Position numbers and translations under genes: made by a program
Shown here: in pieces, positions 36,601 to 47,551 of the stretch
How the letters are laid out: the number at the start of each line of letters is the position of its first letter
Numbering within the stretch: the stretch's first letter is position 1
NCBI GenBank assembly: GCA_001643675.2
Contig: LSRY02000009.1
Location: 372,001-436,000 of the forward strand
Direction of reading: 5' to 3'
DNA from: Monocercomonoides exilis PA203
Taxonomy: Eukaryota > Protista > Preaxostyla
DNA length: 64,000 bases
Notes under the pieces: generated by a model
Database searches by the model: none
What the model was told of the DNA's origin: nothing
What the model saw: only the letters and a program-made list of their open reading frames with translations

Positions 36601-38538
36601 ACGAAGTCTGCGCAGCGGAGGCTGATTGCAGAAGGGCTGGAGAGGAGCCGAGAAAGAGAGATGGCAGCGACGGTTGGAGTGAAGATTGTGTCTGCTGCTG
36701 AAAGGAAACCAAAACAGAGCAAACAGAACCAGCAACAAGGGAGTGAGCAGAAGATGACATTGGAGGCAGATGCATTTCCTACGTTGCCTGTTGGAAGCGG
36801 TAAAAAGGGCAAAGATAAAAGCAAGCAATCAGAACAAGGGCACAAAGAGAGTGGCAAACAAGGCAAGAAGCAGCAGAATCAGCAGGAATTGCAGTATCCA
36901 CAAGCAAATCAGCATATTAGGTTCCAATGGAATCCTGAGTCTGAGTCACAATTTGAGAAGAAGAAGAGGCAGAGGCAGAAGGAGAAAGAGAGAGAAGAGA
37001 GAGAAGCGAAAGAAAAAAAGGAGAAATTGGCAAGATTGGCTGGGATGCCTATTGATGGGCCGTCTGTGGAGGCGATTATCTCAGAAATGGCAATGAAGAC
37101 ACAGGAAGAAGAGGAGAGAGAGAGAGAAAGGCAGAAGAAGGAGAAGGAGAAGGAGGAGAAGAAGAGGAGAAAGGAAGCTCAAAGGAATGCTCCTGTGCAG
37201 AAAGTGAAAATTTTGAAGAGGAACAGACAGGAAGAGGCAGAAACGAAGGAGGCAAAGGAAGAAGAGAAGAAGAAAGCTAAAGAGGAAGAAGAAGTGAAGA
37301 AGGTGAACGATGCCGAGGAAGAAGAGGAGGAGGAAGAAGAGGAAGAAGAAGAGGAAGAGGAAGAAGAAGAGGAGGAGGAGGAAGAAGAAGAGGAAGAGGA
37401 AGAAAACGACAGACGTCTCAACACACCACCGTTGGAAGAGCCATCATTTGCTCCGATTGGTTCTCTTGACATGCAATCGACATTTGCTCCTGTTCCTCGT
37501 TCGCCTCGTGTTGCTCTGTCAGAACTGACACAGTCGCCTGAGAAAGCAGAGCTGACTGCCAAATACGAAGCATTCATGGCACAGAGGAACAAAGCAGGCA
37601 GAATAGAAGGGAAAAAGGAGAAGGAGAAGGAGAAGGAGAAGGAGAAAGAAGAAATTGAAGAGGAAGAAGTGAAAGATGTTGAAGAAGCTGAAGAAGGAGA
37701 AGGAGAAGAAGGTGCAGTTTTGATGCCACCTCCAGGGCTTGAGGAGATGGATTATGAAGACAACGAAGAAGAAGAAGAAGGTAATGAAGAAGAGGAAGAA
37801 GAAGAGGAGGAACAACAGCAGCAGCGTTTCCAGCGTCCCTCTGATCCTCTTCCAACATTCACATCTTTCTCTTCTTTCTCTTCTCAATCTTCTTCTTCAT
37901 CTTCCTCTTCTCCATTCACTTACACCCCATCTTCATCATCCACAGGTCTTCCAATGACTTCATCATCTTCTTATTCCTCCTCCTCATCTGCTTCTTCTTC
38001 TTCTTCTTCTTCTTCTTCTTCCTATCTTGCCCCACTCACAATGCAGCAAGAGAGGAACTTGCTGCTTATCTCTAAGCTAAGAGCAATCCTCTTTGAGAAA
38101 GTGGGGGCACTTGCTGTGGTTGACTCTGGAGAATATGAAGAAGAAGAAGAGGAAGAAGACGATGATGAAGAAAGAGAAGGAATCGATGAAGAAGAGGCGA
38201 AAAGAAAGAGAGAAGCAAAAGCCGCAGCAAAAGCCGCAGCCAAACACTCGAGCACGTCAGTTGTGGATGTGGATGCAGAAGTGGAGGAGCTGTTTGACTC
38301 GTTCCGAGGGCTCTCAGCTGATCTGCGGGAGCATCTGATTGCGCCAGCTGAATATTTTGCATCTTTCATGCAGCTCTTTGGGAAGGAAGGGCTGTATGAG
38401 TGCTGGGATGATATGATTGATTTGCTGCCGGATTTGGCGCTGCAGGAGGAGCTGCAGAAGGAGAGGAAGAGATGGTTGATGAAGGAGAAGGAGAGGCTGA
38501 GGGCACTGGAGGAGGAGGAGGAGGATGATGAGGAAGAG

Positions 38539-38570
<32 letters not shown>

Positions 38571-39984
38571 AGAAGAGGAAGAGGAGGAAGAGGAAGAAGA
38601 AGGCAAAGAAGGAGAAGAGAATGCAACAGAAGAAATGAAAAAATCAACACATTCAGTGAAGAAAGAAGGCCAAACAGAAAATGCTGAAGCATCAAATGAA
38701 GAGAAGCAGCAACAACAAGAGGAGTTGAAGCAGTCGAACAAATCACTCAAGAAATCGAAGAAAGAACAAACAGAAGAAGAAGCAGTTGGCTCTTCTTCTT
38801 CTTCTTCTTTATCATCAAGCAAGAAGGAGAAGAAAGCCAGCACAGCCAGTGAAGATGGAAGTGAACAAACACAAACACAAACACAAACACAAAAGACAAC
38901 TGCAGAAAAGAAGAAGAAGAAGAAGGCGAAGAAGAGTGGAGGAGAAGGAGAAAGAGGAGAAGGAGAAAGAGAAGCAAATGAGAAACCGAAAGTGAAGTTG
39001 AGCCACGCTGAGAAGAGGAAGCTGAAAAGAGAGCAAGAAGAGAAAGAGAAAGAAGACGAAAGGGCGTGGAAGATTGACTTTGCTAAGTATGCACCAGCTG
39101 TTGTGGCATCTGCAATTCCGAAGGGAGCTATGCCAGACCTGGGAAGAGGAGGAAGAGAAGAAGGAACACATTCAGAAAGAAAGCCAGCTCCTCGTTTCCC
39201 AGCAGCTAATTCTTACATGTCATCTTCAAATACTTCATCTTCGTCGTCGTCGTCGTCATCATCATCTTCTTCTTCTTCTCGCTCATCCAAGCATCCATTT
39301 GCTCCAACCTCACAAGGCTTCTCTTCTGCATTCCCTTCTTTCCCACCCCCTCCTCCAGCTGGCACTGCTCAATCACAGAACAAACAGACACAACAAAAAC
39401 AGACACAACAGAATAAACAGCAGCAGAATAAACAAACACAACGACAACAAAAACAGTCTCAACAACAATCTCAACAAAAGCAGCAGAAGCAGAAGAAGCA
39501 AGGAGCATCATCTTCTTCCTCTTCTTCCTCTCTCTCTGCCCATCTGAAGTTCATCCCCACCAGCAATGTGGCTCCTCCTCGTTTTCTCTCTGGACAAACA
39601 TCATCACCTTCAGCTGGGAGTGCTGCTAATTCTGATGCTTTTTCTTCTCTTCAATCAAAAACACAAAAGTCTTCTTCTCCTGCTAATTTAACATCATCTT
39701 CACTTTCTTCTTCCTCTCCATCTCCTTCTTCTTCTTCTTCCTTCCCTTCATTGAATGCATTGAATGACCAGCAGAAGGGCTCAAAGAAGGCAAAGAGATT
39801 TGCCGGCGATGATTTTCCCTCTCTCGGCGGATCAACCTCAACTCAGCCAAAATCACAGCAATCCAATCAAACACAGCAAAATAAACAGAAAAAAGGGAAA
39901 AAAGATAAAAAACAAGAAAAAGTTGACAACTCCATCTCGATTGGAGAAGGGCTGATATCTGTGATGGTCACTAAGAATCGTTAA
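33647..39984 (+). CDS. ZNF598: ZNF598/Hel2-like RING E3 ubiquitin ligase (ribosome quality control), ~1,900 aa, 5 exons
   Basis: Spliced N-terminal RING CVLC...GACNHTDCCAVC...CPTCR, then C2H2-like fingers (CSIC..HLRKNH; FCLLCLEKRPLFLYEQ; HPMCKFC..HMISEHEKCFLC; HFRQAHHLCTHPDC). Many FPSL motifs and a PPPGL. C-terminal RNLLLISKLR...FRGLSADLREHLIAPAEYF...LLPD resembles the ZNF598 helical domain. Confidence 0.88.
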
Positions 39985-40070
39985 ACACTTCAACAAATGA
40001 AGTTTTTACTTCTTTGGAGCTGAAAAGATAATATATGTAAATGTATTCTTTAACCAAAAAAAAATAAGTA

Positions 40071-41130
40071 GGGTGGTTTTTTTATCCGGACATTTTTTTT
40101 ATCCGGACAAAAATTTAAATTTTAAATATCTCAACAAATATTCAATATTAATTTCCAGCAATTTGCACAGTTGTATGTTAGCATAAATGACATCGATTCA
40201 TATACAAATTTTTAACAGCAGTGTTGTATTTTTTTTGAAATAAATAATTTTTATTTTTGAAAATCCGACTTTTGATGAATTTTTCTATTTAAATAAAATG
40301 AGTTGGTTCATCTTTTATATACACAACTTATTTTTTCCATGATATAAACAATTCTGGTTATTTTTTATTTTCGGCAATTTGCTCGTTTAGACTGAATGGA
40401 AATTTGTCATTTTTGAAAAATCATTGTCAATGGGACACCTTAAAAAATATTTTTCATTAAATGCAGGAGCATCTAACTGAAACTAACACTTGCAGTTATA
40501 AATATAATTGTTATATATTATTTCCACAAAATTGTAATCGAAAATTATTCTACAATTATTTCATAATATTAACATTAATTGAATTTCTTTGAAATTGAAC
40601 ATTTATAATCATCTGAATTTTAAACAAATGAAGCTTTTGAAATCCCTACTGAATCATTATTAAATATTACGTAGTAGTAATTTTAAATAACTATTATATT
40701 TATAACTGCAAGTGTTAGTTTCAGTTAGATGCTCCTGCATTTAATGAAAAATATTTTTTAAGGTGTCCCATTGACAATGATTTTTCAAAAATGACAAATT
40801 TCCATTCAGTCTAAACGAGCAAATTGCCGAAAATAAAAAATAACCAGAATTGTTTATATCATGGAAAAAATAAGTTGTGTATATAAAAGATGAACCAACT
40901 CATTTTATTTAAATAGAAAAATTCATCAAAAGTCGGATTTTCAAAAATAAAAATTATTTATTTCAAAAAAAATACAACACTGCTGTTAAAAATTTGTATA
41001 TGAATCGATGTCATTTATGCTAACATACAACTGTGCAAATTGCTGGAAATTAATATTGAATATTTGTTGAGATATTTAAAATTTAAATTTTTGTCCGGAT
41101 AAAAAAAATGTCCGGATAAAAAAACCACCC
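40071..41130. mobile_element. Foldback element family C (1060 bp; ~440-bp apparently perfect arms; TA-flanked)
   Basis: TA|GGGTGGTTTTTTTATCCGGACATTTTTTTTATCCGGACA...TGTCCGGATAAAAAAACCACCC|TA. Core ~40511-40690. Confidence 0.9.
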
Positions 41131-41305
41131 TACTTATTTTGTCTTTATTAAATTATTCAATTTTTGAATTATATAACATGTAGCACATACAATTTAATGT
41201 GGAATGTTTTTTTATTTACAGTATTGAATTATTTTACGTGTATCAAAAAAGGAAAGATAATGATCAAAAAAAACTTCTAAGCAACCATTATCATTTAATT
41301 TAAAT

Positions 41306-42711
41306 ATGAGCTTGACAAAAGAGCAAATTGACGAACTTCTTGCACACGCATGGGAAGCGGAAAGAATTGGAGATAAAGTAGAATCGGCAAGAATTTACAG
41401 GGAAGCGTTGAAAGAGCTTGCTATTTTCCGTGATTCATCTCCAAAAGAAGACTTTGAGCAACTTAATAGTCTGTAAATTCGACATAGCTAACAATTTTAA
41501 TCGAAAGTTTTATTAATAACTGTGCTTTTTAGAATTATTTACCGAAATTTCAACGCATACCGATGAATTAATTCGTGAAGCTGAACTTGCATTTCCAGGG
41601 TCAACATCTTCTCTTCCTCCTGCTGTTCATCATCCTTTGCCTACAAAAGGAATTGCATTTAATGAAGCTCAGATGTCATCGGAAGAAGTTCCGATAGCTT
41701 CAAATGCAGGAGCTTTTGAGTCTGAAGAAAAAATGTCTGCAGTGCCCGTTGCAGATGAGAAAGGAGTTAATGAATCTTCTGCTTCATCTCAATCAAAAGA
41801 AGTGGCAGCCCAACCAAATCCAGATCAGAAAAAAGTGTGAAAAAAAATTTTTTTCAAAAAATTTGGAGATTTGTCTTTGATAATATTTGATTTCACAAAT
41901 TCTTTAGACAATTCCTGATCAACTAAAACATATTGGAGAGGAAATCAAAACCGGAGTTGTGACAGCAGGAAAGGCAGCGTCAAGTGCAATTTCTAATGTG
42001 AACCAAAAATTCCAAATTTCAGCTCGTCTTACAACTTTTGCGAACATTACAAAAGCCAAAATCAATGAAGTGGATAACAAATATAAAATAAGCTCGACAA
42101 TAAAAGAAACAGCCGAAAAAGGCGCGCAGAAAGTGCAAGAAACAAACAAAAAATACCAAATAACATCATCAATCAAAGAAGGCGCAAAGAAGATTGGAGA
42201 GGAGCTGTCATCTGTAGCAGCTGCGGTGAAAGTGAAAATCCTTCCTCCGCCCGATGGGAGGCAGGTTGAGCGGTCGTACTATGCCGGCGAAGTGCCCTTG
42301 AGTGAAGACGCCAAAGCCGATTCCTCTGGAGTTCTGACCACACCTGCCACATCTCCATCCAGCTCAGGTTTCTCCTTTGTCACCCGGAAGCCTGATGCAG
42401 TTCCGTGTGAGATTCCTGACAGCAGTGTGAGCCATCCGCAGAATAACACAGCACAGCCAGCAGCTTTCGCTGATTCATCTACACAGAATGTGAGTTATGG
42501 AGCAGCTGGCAGCTCAGCAACGCCTTCCTCCTCATCTTCCTCTTCTTCTTCTTCTTCTTCTTCAGGCTCGACTGCTGTTGTGTATGCCCTGCCTTCGAGC
42601 GATGCTGAGCTCTCTGCCAATCAGAACGCGGGCACAGACTATCAGCCTCCATCGTATGAATCACAGGGATATTCTGCGAATTCAGAGGGAGACAGCACAA
42701 AAACAGAATAA
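41306..42711 (+). CDS. Hypothetical protein with an N-terminal MIT-like three-helix domain, 3 exons
   Basis: Exons 41306-41468, 41533-41834 and 41908-42711 are in frame. IDELLAHAWEAERIGDKVESARIYREALKEL fits the MIT pattern. Three repeats of (N/D)xKYxIS/T. Confidence 0.6.
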
Positions 42712-43273
42712 AATATAAATAAAAAATAAAAAAAATTATTTTCTTTTCTTTTTTTTAAGCAAGAGTGAAAGGTGGAATGAAAGATAAAACATTGTCAGAA
42801 AAAGTCTCTCTGCTCCACTGCAACGAAGGACATGCACATCATTTGAATATTGTTATTTTTAATAACAAATCTTATGTTTAGAATTCGGAGAGCTTTAATT
42901 ATTTTTTCTTCATAAGTTTTTTGGTAACAAGTGATATTTTGGCTGAAGAGTTTGTGAGTTATGATTCATTTTGAAATCGTCTGCGTTTCATTTTAATGTC
43001 ATTTCATCTTTTTGATGAATAATTATTAGTTTTTTGCGGAAACTAAGGAACGAGAATGGTGCAGATTTTTTGCATTTGGGGAAAAATTCTACCATTTATG
43101 AAAAAATCTCCGATTTGCTCCAAACTTTTTCTTCTGTCATTTCATTATGAATCTTTCATTCTCATTCTAAAAAATACAGAAAAAAATAAAAAATTAGAAA
43201 AATATAAGAAAGAATGATGTGAAACAAAATTTTGAAATCCAAAAAGACGTGTCATATTTTAGTTCAGAAAGTG

Positions 43274-43304
<31 letters not shown>

Positions 43305-43410
43305 GGATAAACCCTCCTCAGAGATAGAATACCTGCGTATCGAATAACAGTCAAGCCATTACTCGAGCACTACAAACGATAATAACGAAATTGTTTTCGG
43401 AAATAATATA

Positions 43411-44389
43411 GGGTCATATTTTTATTAGTACCCCGTTTTTTATTAGATCCTAAATTTTTTTTCTCAAATTGCTTCATATAGAAGCTTATACGCAATGAGT
43501 ATAATTTTAAAACAAATAATATATTATTATAAGGTTGTATACCAAATATTTTTGAAAATCATTTCTTTAGATAAAAGATCTGAATTTTTTAAGATTTATT
43601 TTTTGATCAATGTTTTGCTCGTTTCTCCATGAGTTTTTGAAACCGAGTGTTTTCCTTGTTGGCATTGTTTTTGAACTTTTCTTTTTAACATTTTTGATTA
43701 TTTTATAACATGAAAAACTCTTTTTTTTCACTAGTTTTCACACCTCTCCTTTTTTTCGTAAATCGATAATATCAATAAAGGAAATTGTTTTTAATAAGAT
43801 TGCTTGTTTTTCAACGATGCATTATCTCATGTAATGTTATATATTTAAGCTTTCTTTGAAATTTATGTGTGTATGAAAAATAAAACGAGAGATACAAAAT
43901 ATCATCTTTTTCATTTTCTGATATAAATACTTTTTAATTCAATTTTTCATCACATTTATTATTTGACATACTAATTTGCAAATCATGCACGTATGATTAA
44001 TTCAAAAAATAACAACATATTACTTCAAAATTTCAGTTTTACGAAAAAAAGGAGAGGTGTGAAAACTAGTGAAAAAAAAGAGTTTTTCATGTTATAAAAT
44101 AATCAAAAATGTTAAAAAGAAAAGTTCAAAAACAATGCCAACAAGGAAAACACTCGGTTTCAAAAACTCATGGAGAAACGAGCAAAACATTGATCAAAAA
44201 ATAAATCTTAAAAAATTCAGATCTTTTATCTAAAGAAATGATTTTCAAAAATATTTGGTATACAACCTTATAATAATATATTATTTGTTTTAAAATTATA
44301 CTCATTGCGTATAAGCTTCTATATGAAGCAATTTGAGAAAAAAAATTTAGGATCTAATAAAAAACGGGGTACTAATAAAAATATGACCC
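43411..44389. mobile_element. Foldback element family D (979 bp; ~350-bp arms; TA-flanked)
   Basis: TA|GGGTCATATTTTTATTAGTACCCCG...CGGGGTACTAATAAAAATATGACCC|TA. Arms are 43411-43762 and 44038-44389. Confidence 0.9.
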
Positions 44390-44588
44390 TATTTGTCAAA
44401 CAATGTTAAAGAATCTTATTTGAAAGAATCAGATTTGATAAGATGAAAATTAAATTTATTTTAATTATCAACTATTGTTTATTGATATAATTTCATTCGA
44501 TTTTTGTTCTGAAATAAAAATCAAACAATTTCTTCATAAAAAATTTATTATTGCTTATCGATCATAACCAAATTTATAAAAAAGGTTT

Positions 44589-45900
44589 ATGATGATTGAA
44601 AACAAAGAAATCTGTAAATATAGAGTGTGTTATGATGATACTGTATCAAAGACTCCCAGCATCAATGGACGAATGGCTATTTTGATGGGAACTATTTTGA
44701 ATAAATATAACATTTTATGGAGAGAGGACTCAACAATTGGAGAAGAATATCATGCAATAAACAGAATTTTTCAAGAAGGGAAATTGACATTAGAAAGAGA
44801 TGATATTCGGACATTTGATGCAATTTGTTATTTATTGGACGATAGTTTTACAATATTCCACTATTCGTCAAGATATGAACAATCAACAAGGAAAAAATGG
44901 GAAAAGGTTCGTGGAACGAAAGATGAGACAAGAGTTATTCACAGCTTGAATTATTTGAATGAAAGGTCCAATAAAATTTGTGAATATTGCGAAAAAAAGA
45001 ATGCTATTTTACAGGACTTATTGTCTGAAAAAGAAAAGAATGACTCAATGAAAAGGAGGAATCAGTCTGTTGCGATGAAGTGAATTTTTTGTTGGAATCG
45101 AATATTGCTGCAACATGTAATATAGAAACTGTGAACGAAGACTAGTGATGCAAACAGATAATTTGAGCCAATCAATTCGGAAATGAAAAGTACCACTTAC
45201 CAATAACCGACTCTAAACACAGTTGTTCATTGTTGCAACCAATTTGGGGGGAAGAAAAAATCAAGATTTATCGAATGAACATTTCCTTGCAGTTATATGT
45301 AAATAGAACATTGATTTCTTCAAGAATGAATTACGGAACAAAACATTTTTTTGGGGACTTCAGAAATCAGTGAGCGAATTGGGTATCACTTGTATTGAAA
45401 TAGAAAAATACCTGAATGCTCTAAGTTCATGAATATGGAAAAATTTTTTTATCATTGTCTTGAGAAATTATTAAGACCTTTTACATAGAAACAATTTCAG
45501 AATCATGAATCATTGAGAACATTCTTTTTCTTTAAAGCGAGATGATGGCTGCACGTGAGAAATCGAAAAATTTCTGGATATTGGCATTATTATTTGTTTA
45601 AACGATGTTAGAAACACACGCAAATCTTTCGATAGAGGATTTTATTATCGTATTTCAACAACACATTTCTCATTTCAATGTTAATAGCAACATGAATATC
45701 TATTCAAAGAAAGTGATGATTGATTGAATCGTAAGCCATTCTATGTGCAGAATATTTTCTTTTCAGTGCACGATTTTCACTGAAAAATAATCTGTATTCC
45801 CACTATCCTTCAATCAAAAGCTGCAAATCAATGGCTCAGCACATTTCAGAGCAACTCGCACAATATGTTTGCAATCACGATTGACAATCAAATTGTTATT
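44589..45900 (+). pseudogene. Intronless 164-aa ORF plus decayed downstream coding-like sequence (possible transposase relic)
   Basis: ORF 44589-45083 has a CxxC (CEYC). The following ~800 bp reads as stop-interrupted coding sequence. Confidence 0.3.
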
Positions 45901-46357
45901 GAAGGCATCTTTAGGTCAAATATCATTCCTTGAAACAAAGAGTTAAAGTTTCAAACATGAATTTTTGACTTTTTTTCCATCCTTATTTCCCAAACAAGGG
46001 AATAATTTGGCAATCTTGACTAATTTCTCAACACAAAAAGAATAAAGGAAAGAAAGAAAATAGTATATTGAAAATGGAATTTTTTCCAATAAAATTGTAA
46101 ACAAATTGATTAATAAATACAGTTTTCGTTTCATGGAAAAAATTTTTGATCAACACTCTTATGATTGTGCGATTTCAAAAAGACCATCCAATATACTGCA
46201 AATTTTTCATATTTATGAAAAAAAAAAAAAAATTTGCTCCAAACTTTTTATGAAGTCATTTCATGATAAGTCAAGTTTTCTCATTCTATTAAAATTTAAA
46301 AATTTCAAAAAAGAGAAAGTATTTATCTCACTGATCGTAATATTTACTTTTTCAACT

Positions 46358-47290
46358 ATGTTGCTGTATCTTCTTGCTATTCTTTCTTGCATCAACTCTT
46401 GGTGCGAAGAGAATTCCAATAAAGAGAATGACACAAAGCAGGAGTCTTCAAAAGAGCAAAACCAGACAGAACATCCCGGAGATGCAAAGAATGCCACAGC
46501 ATCTGAAACAGACAAAAAATCAAATAATGAAACAGAAAAAGCTAAAGCAACAAAAGAGAAGAAGCCAAAAATAGAAATTGAAGTTTTGGAAGAACCTGAA
46601 ATTTGTGATATGACAACTGGAGTTGCAGATAAACTTTTGGTTTGCTTCTTTGTGAAACATTCTATTTTTTCAATTAACAATCTTCTTTTATCATTTATAA
46701 TCAAAATTTTGCTTGTGAATCTTTCAGATTCATTATGTTGCTCGCTTTGGTAAAAAAAGGAAGGAATTCGATAACACTTATAAGCGCAAAGTACCAATTA
46801 AAGTCCATCTTGGAGAAGGAAGAGTTATTAAAGGACTTGAACAGGTTCTTGGCTTTTTTTCCTTTGCTTATCGTTGTTGTTTTTTGACTGTATTTTTTGA
46901 ACGTTTCTTAGGGACTTTATGATATGTGCGTTGGAGAAAAAAGAAGGATAACAATTCCTTCTGAACTTGGATATGGAGTTAAAGGAGTTAGAGGCCTTAT
47001 TCCTCGTTTGCATTTATTTTTATCTTCACGTTCTTATTTGTTGTTTTTTGATTTCAGCAAATGTTACGTTGGAATATGACGTTGAATTGATTTCATTTAA
47101 GAATAAACCACTTCCAGAAGGACCAATGACAGCAGAACAGCGCCTTGAAAGGAAAAAAGAACAGATAAGAGAGCAGCGTCGTAAGGAAAGAGCAATTAAG
47201 AAAGAACTTGAAAAAGTTTACAAACAGGAAAAAGAAAGAAAGGAAGAGAAAATATTAACTAACGAAGGAAAAGCAAGGACCGATTTGTGA
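46358..47290 (+). CDS. ER-type FKBP peptidyl-prolyl cis-trans isomerase (FKBP2-like), 4 exons
   Basis: Signal peptide MLLYLLAILSCINSWC. Spliced IHYVARF...EFDNTYKRKVPIKVHLGEGRVIKGLEQGLYDMCVGEKRRITIPSELGYG...NVTLEYDVELI is an FKBP domain. C-terminal RTDL is a KDEL-like retention signal. Confidence 0.9.
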
Positions 47291-47551
47291 GATAATTCAA
47301 AGTGATTCTCAAGTTTTTATTTTTTTTTCTTTTTTGGTGCTCGTTTGTGTGCCAAATTTTTTTCACATTTTCTTTTTTGTATCATTTTGCGTGAACCGAC
47401 ATAAACATTCCACACTTGTTTTCATCAACAAATCCTCAAGTCTATTTTTGAAAAAAAAAAATGAAAAAAATGTTATTTAATAAAAAAATTACAACTTTTT
47501 GCCAAGTGTTCAATGAAATATACAATATATATAAAGAAAGAAATAATCACT

